A stretch of 64,000 nucleotides of DNA from an uncultured Eubacteriales bacterium (GTDB lineage: Bacteria > Bacillota > Clostridia > Lachnospirales > Lachnospiraceae): positions 10,155 through 74,154 of the forward strand of contig ONKC01000003.1 of the NCBI GenBank assembly GCA_900318295.1, read 5' to 3'. A program made the translations under genes and the position numbers. The notes under the pieces are model-generated. The model searched no databases. It was not told where the DNA came from and saw nothing but the letters and a program-made list of their open reading frames with translations. This document shows positions 56,393 through 64,000 of this stretch, piece by piece. Numbering within the stretch: the stretch's first letter is position 1; each line of letters starts with the position of its first letter.

Positions 56393-57769
56393 ATGAAAAT
56401 GCCCGATGGTGCGAGATCCATAATCGATACGCTGAAAAACCACGGTTATGAGGCTTTCATCGTGGGTGGTTGCGTGCGCGATATGCTTTTGGAGAGAACC
56501 CCTGAGGATTGGGATATCACTACGTCCGCGAAGCCTTCTGAGGTGAAGAAGCTTTTCAGAAGGACGGTGGATACAGGGATCGAGCACGGTACGGTTACTG
56601 TCCTTGTCGGAAGCGAGGGATATGAGGTAACTACCTACCGCATGGACGGTGTGTATGAGGATCACAGACATCCGAAGGAGGTTGTTTTTACTCCGAGTCT
56701 TGAAGAGGATTTAAAGCGCAGGGATTTCACCATAAATGCGATGGCGTACAGTGATGAGGCGGGCTTCGTGGACCTCTTTGGAGGAAGGAGCGACCTTGAA
56801 AAGGGTTGTATCCGGTGCGTGGGAGATCCAAACGAGAGATTTGATGAGGATGCGCTTCGTATGCTCAGAGGCATCAGGTTTGCCGGCCAGCTCGGGTTTG
56901 AGCTTGATCTCGCAACTTTTGATGCGATAAAAAGGCTTTCCGGTACTATCGTGAATGTCAGTGCAGAGAGGATAAGAACCGAGCTTTCAAAGCTTTTGAT
57001 CTCCGATGGTGCTGACAGGCTGGTGCTTACATATGAGACCGGTTTGTCGGGGTATTTTTTAAAAGAGTTTGATATGATGAACTCGACTCCTCAAAACAAT
57101 CCCCACCACTGCTATAATGTCGGCGAGCACAGCATCCGTGTGGTGGAGCTTGTAAATAAAGAGATAAATAAAATGAATAAAAACGGCGAGTACGTCGATA
57201 AAAAAACTCACACGGCACTGGCTTATGCGGCGATTTTGCATGATGTCGCAAAGCCGGTATGCAAAACGACGGATGAAGCCGGGATCGATCATTTCCACGG
57301 ACACGATGTGCGCGGAGAACTTTTGGCCGGACAGATACTTAGACGCCTTAAGTTTGATAATGATACTGTCAGTCTCGTGAAGTGCCTGGTAAGGTTTCAC
57401 GATGCAAGATACAAGGATGTAAAGATCGCCGGTATGAGAAGGCTTGTAGGTAAGGTCGGAAGAGAGAGGATGCCGTTACTTTTTATCCTTCAAAAAGCCG
57501 ATGTGCTGGCGCAGAGTGAGTATAAAAGGGAAGAAAAGCTCGATGCGCTAAAGTCCGGTATGGAGATGTATGACAGGATATGCGCTGCGTCGGACGCGGT
57601 TACGGTAGCTGATCTTGCGATCGGCGGCAGGGAATTGATAGATGAGTTGGGCTTTGAGCCGGGCCCCGGTATCGGCGCCGAGCTTAAAAGGCTTTTGGAG
57701 CTCGTGATGGACGATCCGTCGCTGAACACAAGAGAGCGTCTGCTCGATCTTTCGGGCAGCGAAAAGTAA
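56393..57769 (+). CDS. cca: CCA-adding tRNA nucleotidyltransferase with HD domain
   Basis: 'VGGCVRD', 'DWDITT', 'DLKRRDFTINAMA', 'EDALRMLR', 'ERIRTE', HD motif 'ILHDVAK'. Confidence 0.92.
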   Translation: MKMPDGARSIIDTLKNHGYEAFIVGGCVRDMLLERTPEDWDITTSAKPSEVKKLFRRTVDTGIEHGTVTVLVGSEGYEVTTYRMDGVYEDHRHPKEVVFTPSLEEDLKRRDFTINAMAYSDEAGFVDLFGGRSDLEKGCIRCVGDPNERFDEDALRMLRGIRFAGQLGFELDLATFDAIKRLSGTIVNVSAERIRTELSKLLISDGADRLVLTYETGLSGYFLKEFDMMNSTPQNNPHHCYNVGEHSIRVVELVNKEINKMNKNGEYVDKKTHTALAYAAILHDVAKPVCKTTDEAGIDHFHGHDVRGELLAGQILRRLKFDNDTVSLVKCLVRFHDARYKDVKIAGMRRLVGKVGRERMPLLFILQKADVLAQSEYKREEKLDALKSGMEMYDRICAASDAVTVADLAIGGRELIDELGFEPGPGIGAELKRLLELVMDDPSLNTRERLLDLSGSEK

Positions 57770-57799
57770 AGATCGAAGGATGCGGACGAAAAGAAAACC

Positions 57800-57828
57800 T
57801 TGCAGTTTTTATGAAACTGTGATAGAAT
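57800..57828 (+). promoter_or_regulatory. SigA-type promoter
   Basis: TTGCAG-N17-(TG)TAGAAT. Confidence 0.55.
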
Positions 57829-57859
57829 CAAATCGATGTTTAGGAAGGAGGATTCACTA

Positions 57860-58024
57860 ATGGAAGAATTTTTATCTGATGACGATCTGAATAACCTTTT
57901 GGGTGATGATCCTGATGCATTGGCCGGAGAGCTTGAGATCGAGGGCATGGACGAGGCGATGGAAATGAGCGCTTCAAATCGACGCTACGAGGAGATCATC
58001 AAGAAACATGCGGACGAGAAATAA
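57860..58024 (+). CDS. Small acidic hypothetical protein (54 aa)
   Basis: Strong RBS AGGAGG before ATG 57860 and an upstream promoter. Confidence 0.6.
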   Translation: MEEFLSDDDLNNLLGDDPDALAGELEIEGMDEAMEMSASNRRYEEIIKKHADEK

Positions 58025-58031
58025 GAAACAA

Positions 58032-59165
58032 ATGAAAAAGAAAAACGGGGACGTCAGTACCGGAGTGAAGATTCTGTTCACGCTTGCCGTACTGGCGGCT
58101 CTTTTCGTTAGCGGAACATATATTTACGCAAGGATAAACAACTCTGCGACTTCGGTTGTTGATGAATATGTCAGAAGCTTTACCGCCGGGAGTCCGAGCA
58201 GGATATTTCGTACACTGAATCTGAAAAATACCCGCTTTGTGACTGCCGATAACCTGGATAAGCTTCTGAAGGATATCGCGGATTATGACAAGATCACTTC
58301 ATACTCGCTGGTCAGACTTGATGAGAGCGATGACGTATGCCACTATCAGGTCACGTACATGATCGGTCGTACGGAGAGTGATTTTAAGCAGGTGCTGACG
58401 CTCAAAAAGACGGATGAAAACTATCTGTTCTTTTTCAAAAAATGGGGCATAGACAGCGCCGATCTGATCGCATCCAAGGTCGCCATAAGTGTGCCTGTGG
58501 GAGCCGAACTTTCCGTGGACGGAGTAAAGCTTTCGTCGGAGTCGCTTCGCAAAAAGTCCGATCGGATGCAGGATTATGAGATCGGGGATATTTTTATGGG
58601 TGAACATGAGTATGAGGTAAAGCTTGACGGCTTTAACCCTTATCAGGGAAAGTTTACCCTAGAGGCCAAGGATTATTTAGATGATCCGGTGGTGACAGTG
58701 AAAGCTAATCAGCTGGTCCCGGATGAGGGAAGCACCGAGGTTTTGAAAAATCTCGTGGAGAGGATCGTTCCGAAGATCTATGAGGATCTGCTGCAGAGAA
58801 GGTCTTTTGATTTTCTTACACAAGAGGTGGCCATAGAGGCCGGAAGCAGGGACGGGCTCGAAAAAAGGTACGACAAGATGCGCCGCGACCATGTGGACAC
58901 GAGGACGCATCTGACATTTGTTGATTTTACCGGGTTCAAATCCAAGGTAGCATCCACCATATCGATGGATGATTGTTATGCGCTCAAGGTGGATTCAAAG
59001 ATAAGCTACACGGCGCATTCGACTGTGGTCAGTGGTGATACTCCCGAGATAAAAGTCAAAAAGGGAAAGCTAAAGATCTCTACGATCTTTCACTACTCGG
59101 ATGGACAGTGGTGGGTGTACGATTCGGATGCTTTCGGAAGATTTGTTGATTATATCAAGGAGTAG
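58032..59165 (+). CDS. Hypothetical single-pass membrane protein
   Basis: Basic N-terminus, one TM, about 340-aa extracellular region. The start could be 58008 or 58032. Confidence 0.72.
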   Translation: MKKKNGDVSTGVKILFTLAVLAALFVSGTYIYARINNSATSVVDEYVRSFTAGSPSRIFRTLNLKNTRFVTADNLDKLLKDIADYDKITSYSLVRLDESDDVCHYQVTYMIGRTESDFKQVLTLKKTDENYLFFFKKWGIDSADLIASKVAISVPVGAELSVDGVKLSSESLRKKSDRMQDYEIGDIFMGEHEYEVKLDGFNPYQGKFTLEAKDYLDDPVVTVKANQLVPDEGSTEVLKNLVERIVPKIYEDLLQRRSFDFLTQEVAIEAGSRDGLEKRYDKMRRDHVDTRTHLTFVDFTGFKSKVASTISMDDCYALKVDSKISYTAHSTVVSGDTPEIKVKKGKLKISTIFHYSDGQWWVYDSDAFGRFVDYIKE

Positions 59166-59302
59166 GTATTTTTAGAACAAAAATACCATAAATAGGACTA
59201 GTATTTTTGGGAATTATGTGTTATAATATCTGATGTGTGATTGCGCGCTTTTGAAAAAAGGCGCGAAATCGCGATTTTTCGTGTGTTTATGAGGTGTCTG
59301 AG

Positions 59303-60667
59303 ATGAGTAGAGCAGGTGTCGGGCGTAAAGATGCAAGTTTCGGGCGCGCCCGGTGCATGAGGGCGGTATTTTTTATGCTGTGCGCATACGCTCTTTGTGC
59401 TTGCGGCAAAGTTGATAAAAAGCCGGCCGCATCTCCGAACAGTGAGGTTACCTACGAAAAGGGTTCTGACCTTACGGGCGTGGTCAGGGAGGTTGATAAC
59501 GAAGCTCAGGCGATAAGCATATATAATCCCGTCACCGAGACTGAGGAGACATTTACCTACGACAGCGCGACGTCCATTCTCTCGAAAAATGATCTGGAGA
59601 TGTCGATAAGCGAGGTTGGTATCGGAGAGGTTTATGATCTCTATGTAGAGGGTGTCGGTTCGAAGCTCTCAAAGATGAAGGCTACCGAGAACATCATCGA
59701 AGAGGAGTCTCGTGAGATATCGATAGATGCCGACAGCCACATAATGACCGTGGACGGAGTAAACTATGAGTATTCCGACAACATGGTCGTTCGCTCCGGC
59801 GAAGAGGACATCAATCCGATGGAGATCACCGATATGGACAGGGTGACCTTCCGAGGAATAGAAGGAAAAGCCTACTCGGTCGTTGTGACCAGGGGGCACG
59901 GATATATAGAGCCTGTCAACTATGAAGATTTTGTTGGTGGGACATTGGTGATCGAGGGTGAATCGATACTTCCCGTGACGGAGGGGATGCTGATCACGGT
60001 TCCGGAGGGCAGGCAGACGCTCTCCATGAAGAACGGAGACCTCGCATCAAAGGCAGAGACGACGGTTGAGAGAAACAAGGTCGCCCAGCTGAATATAAAA
60101 GAGAGCATGACTCAGGTTCCCGAGACGGCAAGAGTCACCTTCCATGTTCATCCCGAGGGTGCTGAGCTGTATATCAACGGAACTATGGTTGATTATTCCA
60201 AGCCGGTAGCTCTTTACTACGGGATCCATACGATCAAGGTCGTACTTGAGGGCTATAACCCGTACATCGGCAGGATAAGAGTACAGGATCCGGAGCCGTC
60301 ATTCCGCATAGACCTGGCGGAGGAGATAGCTACGGTCGATGATAAAAATGACGATGACAGTCCGCCGGATGACAATCAGTCGTCGCAGTCGTCGGTTACC
60401 GACGATGACGGAAGCATAGAAAACCCATCCTCGGTTGACTATGATGTTGATCACAAGATCACGGTCACTGCACCGGATGGTGCAAGCGTTTATATCAACG
60501 GAACATACAAGGGTGTGGCGCCGTGCTCATTTACAAAGTGCGTCGGCAAGATAACCCTTACACTGCAAAAGGACGGATACGAGACAAAAAGCTATTCCAT
60601 GGAGATCATAGACGATTCTCAGGATACCTCGCTTTCCTTCCCGGAGCTAAAGACTCAGAATCAGTGA
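59303..60667 (+). CDS. PEGA-domain lipoprotein
   Basis: Lipobox 'LCAC'. PEGA-like repeats 'PEGAELYINGT', 'APDGASVYINGTYKG..LTLQKDGY'. Confidence 0.82.
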   Translation: MSRAGVGRKDASFGRARCMRAVFFMLCAYALCACGKVDKKPAASPNSEVTYEKGSDLTGVVREVDNEAQAISIYNPVTETEETFTYDSATSILSKNDLEMSISEVGIGEVYDLYVEGVGSKLSKMKATENIIEEESREISIDADSHIMTVDGVNYEYSDNMVVRSGEEDINPMEITDMDRVTFRGIEGKAYSVVVTRGHGYIEPVNYEDFVGGTLVIEGESILPVTEGMLITVPEGRQTLSMKNGDLASKAETTVERNKVAQLNIKESMTQVPETARVTFHVHPEGAELYINGTMVDYSKPVALYYGIHTIKVVLEGYNPYIGRIRVQDPEPSFRIDLAEEIATVDDKNDDDSPPDDNQSSQSSVTDDDGSIENPSSVDYDVDHKITVTAPDGASVYINGTYKGVAPCSFTKCVGKITLTLQKDGYETKSYSMEIIDDSQDTSLSFPELKTQNQ

Positions 60668-60687
60668 CGATCAAGGAGGATTTAATC

Positions 60688-62421
60688 ATGGGCTACAAAG
60701 AGGTTTATCAGTCATGGCTTGACAACCCGTACTTCGATGAGGCAACGAAGGATGAACTTCGCTCCATCGCAGACGACGATGCACAGATCAAAGACAGGTT
60801 TTATGCCGATCTCGAGTTTGGTACCGCGGGACTTCGCGGAGTGATCGGGGCAGGTATAAACCGCATGAATGTATATACGGTCCGCAAGGCTACGCAGGGC
60901 CTGGCAAACTACATCATCAAGATGGGCGGACAGGACAAGGGCGTTGCCATCGCCTTTGACTCCAGAAGAATGTCGCCTGAGTTTGCGGATGAGGCAGCAT
61001 GCTGCCTGGCTGCAAACGGGATAAAGGCTTATGTGTTTGAGTCGCTCAGACCGACACCGGAGTTATCATTCGCAGTAAGAAAGCTCGGTTGTATCTCCGG
61101 TATCAACATCACCGCCAGCCACAACCCGCCTGAGTATAACGGCTACAAGGTTTACTGGGAGGACGGTGCCCAGATCACACCGCCTCACGACAAGGGGATC
61201 ATGGATGAGGTTAAGGCGGTTACCGATTATGCCACGGTAAAGACTACATCTGTTGATGATGCAAAAGCAAAGGGCCTTTACAACGTCATCGGAAAGGATA
61301 TCGACGATCCATATATCGAGGCGCTAAAGAAAAATGTCTTGCATCCCGAGGCGATCGCTCAGACTGCAAAGGATCTTAAGATCGTATACACCCCGCTTCA
61401 CGGTACAGGAAATCTTCCAGTAAGACGTGTGCTCAAGGAGCTCGGATTTGAAAATGTATTCGTTGTTCCGGAGCAGGAGCTCCCGGACGGAGAGTTCCCG
61501 ACAGTTAGCTACCCGAATCCGGAAGCTGCGGAAGCATTTGAACTTGCCATGGCTTTGGCAAAGGATAAGGATGCGGACCTGGTTCTCGCTACGGATCCTG
61601 ATGCCGACAGACTCGGAGTATATGTAAAGGATGCCAAAGGCGAGTATCACTGCCTGACCGGAAATATGAGCGGAAGCCTGCTTGCCGACTATGAGATCGG
61701 ACAGAAAAAAGCAGTTGAGGGAAGTCTTCCGGCTGACGGCGAGCTCATCAAAACGATAGTTACGACCAATATGGTCGATGCGATAGCAAAGTACTACGGT
61801 ATCAAGGTTACCGAGTGCCTGACAGGTTTCAAGTGGATCGGAAAAGAGATCCTTCGCATGGAGACAAGCGGAAAGGGACAGTATCTCTTCGGATTTGAGG
61901 AGAGCTACGGATGCCTGATCGGTACGCATGCAAGAGACAAGGACGGAATCGTCGCTTCGATGGCACTTTGCGAGGCCGCGGCATTTTTCAAAGCAAATGG
62001 CAAAACGCTTTGGGATGCCATGACTGATATGTATGACAAGTACGGCTACTACAAGGATAACGTGATCTCGATCACGCACAAGGGTATCGAGGGTCTCGAG
62101 AAGATCAAAAATATAATGGAGACACTGAGAAACAACCCGCCGAAGCAGCTTGGTGATTACAAGGTTTTGGTCACAAGAGATTATCAGAAGGATGAGATCT
62201 GTGATCTAGCAACCGGACAGAAAAAGCCTACCGGAATCCCGAACTCAAACGTTCTCTACTATGAGATGGAGGATGATGCATGGCTTGCGGTAAGGCCATC
62301 GGGAACCGAGCCGAAGATCAAGCTCTATTACGGAGTGGTCGGAAGTGATATGGATGATGCCGAGAAAAAGTCGGCGGTGCTCGGAGATCAGGTAAAGGCG
62401 CTTCTAGACACGCTCGGTTGA
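60688..62421 (+). CDS. pgm: Phosphoglucomutase/phosphomannomutase
   Basis: 'FGTAGLRG', phosphoserine motif 'TASHNP', metal loop 'DPDADR', 'FEESYG', 'RPSGTEPKIK'. ATG 60688 follows AGGAGG. Confidence 0.93.
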   Translation: MGYKEVYQSWLDNPYFDEATKDELRSIADDDAQIKDRFYADLEFGTAGLRGVIGAGINRMNVYTVRKATQGLANYIIKMGGQDKGVAIAFDSRRMSPEFADEAACCLAANGIKAYVFESLRPTPELSFAVRKLGCISGINITASHNPPEYNGYKVYWEDGAQITPPHDKGIMDEVKAVTDYATVKTTSVDDAKAKGLYNVIGKDIDDPYIEALKKNVLHPEAIAQTAKDLKIVYTPLHGTGNLPVRRVLKELGFENVFVVPEQELPDGEFPTVSYPNPEAAEAFELAMALAKDKDADLVLATDPDADRLGVYVKDAKGEYHCLTGNMSGSLLADYEIGQKKAVEGSLPADGELIKTIVTTNMVDAIAKYYGIKVTECLTGFKWIGKEILRMETSGKGQYLFGFEESYGCLIGTHARDKDGIVASMALCEAAAFFKANGKTLWDAMTDMYDKYGYYKDNVISITHKGIEGLEKIKNIMETLRNNPPKQLGDYKVLVTRDYQKDEICDLATGQKKPTGIPNSNVLYYEMEDDAWLAVRPSGTEPKIKLYYGVVGSDMDDAEKKSAVLGDQVKALLDTLG

Positions 62422-62472
62422 TCAAAAAGGGTCATAGGGAATGGGATATACTGATACGGAGGAAAACTTTCT

Positions 62473-64000
62473 ATGAAGGATATACTGAACGGATGGGCGA
62501 ATGACGCACTGATCCGCGAGCTTTCCGAAGGAACGATAAACGCACCGCAGGATCTCCTCGGATGTCACGAGTTCAAGGAAAAAAAGGCCCAGATCTTTAC
62601 AGCGTATCGTCCGTGCGCATGGCATGTATGGTTGCTCGACGGAGACGGAAATGAGATCGGAGAGATGGTACGTCTCGATGGTATCGAGGACCTTTTCGGA
62701 TTTGCCATCACAAAGAAAAAGGATTACCTTAAAAAATACCGTTTCAGAGTGCAGTACGGAGATGATGATTTCGTGGAGATCGAAGACCCGTACTCATTCC
62801 CGAAGCAGATAACCGATTTTGACTGCTTCGTTTTCGGTGAGGGTAAGCATCACAGGATATTCGACAAGCTCGGTGCTCACATGATGACCATCAACGGTGT
62901 CGAGGGAACGCTCTTTGCGGTATGGGCGCCGGATGCCAGAGCGGTGAGCGTGGTCGGAGAGTTTAACATGTGGGATGAGAGACTTCACCACATGCAGCTT
63001 CACGGAGAGAGCGGTATATATGAGCTGTTTATCCCGGGTACCTGGGAAGGAGCGGTTTATAAATATGAGATAGTTACCCGTATGGGCGACCGGCTCTTCA
63101 AGACGGATCCGTATGGAAACTACTGTGAGCTCCGCCCCGGAAATGCGTCAAGGATAACAAGACTTGATACTTACAAATGGCGTGACTCGGCTTACATGAA
63201 AAAGCGCGATGCCAAGACAAGAGCTGATCGCGAGCGTGAGCCGATGACGATATATGAAGCGCATCTCGCTTCATGGAAGAAAAAGATCGAGGACGACGAT
63301 AACGGTAACTTCGATTACAGAGAGCTTGCCGGGATGATCGGTGATTATCTTGTGGATATGGGTTATACCCACTTGGAACTCATGGGAATCGCCGAGTATC
63401 CGTTTGACGGATCTTGGGGATATCAGGTCGGATGCTACTACGCGCCGACAAGCCGTTACGGTTCTCCGACGGACTTTATGTATTTTGTGGATGAGATGCA
63501 TAAGCGCGGAATACAGGTCATACTTGACTGGGTACCCGCACACTTCCCGAGAGACGAGCATTGCCTCGGTAAGTTCGACGGGCAGGCGCTGTATGAGCAT
63601 CCCGATCCCAGAAAGGGTGAGCACCCTGACTGGGGAACATATATTTTTGACTACGGAAGAAAAGAGGTTAAAAACTTCTTAGTAGCCAACGCGATGTTCT
63701 GGGTTGAAAAGTTCCATATAGACGGACTCAGAGTTGACGCGGTCGCATCGATGCTTTATCTGGATTACGGAAAGCGCGACGGCGAGTGGATCGCGAACAA
63801 GGACGGCGGAAATGAAAATTATGATGCCGTGGAATTTTTAAGAGATTTAAACGACCTGATGGATGAGGAGCATCCGGGTGCGTACATCATAGCCGAGGAA
63901 AGTACGGCGTGGGCAGGTGTGACGGCCCCTGTAAAGGACAAAGGACTGGGCTTCTCATACAAATGGAATATGGGTTGGATGAACGACTTCCTTGAGTACA
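62473..64000 (+). CDS. glgB: 1,4-alpha-glucan branching enzyme (3'-partial; missing from the ORF track because it has no stop in the window)
   Basis: My translation from ATG 62473: 'LGAH..GTLFAVWAPDA', 'DGSWGYQ', 'ILDWVPAHFP', 'DGLRVDAVASMLY', 'IAEEST', 'KWNMGWMND'. Confidence 0.93.
   Translation, partial: MKDILNGWANDALIRELSEGTINAPQDLLGCHEFKEKKAQIFTAYRPCAWHVWLLDGDGNEIGEMVRLDGIEDLFGFAITKKKDYLKKYRFRVQYGDDDFVEIEDPYSFPKQITDFDCFVFGEGKHHRIFDKLGAHMMTINGVEGTLFAVWAPDARAVSVVGEFNMWDERLHHMQLHGESGIYELFIPGTWEGAVYKYEIVTRMGDRLFKTDPYGNYCELRPGNASRITRLDTYKWRDSAYMKKRDAKTRADREREPMTIYEAHLASWKKKIEDDDNGNFDYRELAGMIGDYLVDMGYTHLELMGIAEYPFDGSWGYQVGCYYAPTSRYGSPTDFMYFVDEMHKRGIQVILDWVPAHFPRDEHCLGKFDGQALYEHPDPRKGEHPDWGTYIFDYGRKEVKNFLVANAMFWVEKFHIDGLRVDAVASMLYLDYGKRDGEWIANKDGGNENYDAVEFLRDLNDLMDEEHPGAYIIAEESTAWAGVTAPVKDKGLGFSYKWNMGWMNDFLEY

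Noticed and set aside
1-64000. tRNA, rRNA, transposase, integrase or prophage genes
   Set aside because: None recognised by eye in the intergenic regions or the ORF track. A tRNAscan or Rfam run was not possible.

Overview
A 64-kb chromosomal window from a low-GC Gram-positive anaerobe. The gene content suggests Lachnospiraceae, but that is inference. There is no rRNA, tRNA, CRISPR array, prophage or intact transposase. About 8.7-32.2 kb is a nitrogen-assimilation supercluster: purF, an Amt-PII fusion, asnB, type III glutamine synthetase, gltBD, carAB, a degenerate GSI-like gene and an ANTAR protein, with trpEG divergent from purF. The strongest signal is a probable RNA-level nitrogen-sensing circuit. 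Three promoters (purF, amt-glnK, asnB-glnN-gltBD) share the exact layout TTGACA-N17-TATGAT-N10-GAGGC-AA(A/G)GGC-GTCTC. This forms one ANTAR-type hexaloop hairpin (A1, G4) overlapping an intrinsic terminator. The cluster ends with a GS-fold protein that has lost key catalytic residues, followed 6 bp later by an ANTAR protein whose receiver domain lacks the phospho-acceptor Asp. Other oddities: an in-frame deletion of about 23 codons in CarA, structured in-frame insertions in AsnB and PurF, and long imperfect palindromes, one of which replaces the N-terminus of a response regulator. The remainder is two-component systems, ABC/MFS transporters, trpB2, ilvBN, pckA, degV-queT-carboxypeptidase-plsC-cca, pgm and a partial glgB. 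All alignments to reference proteins were made from memory, not computed.
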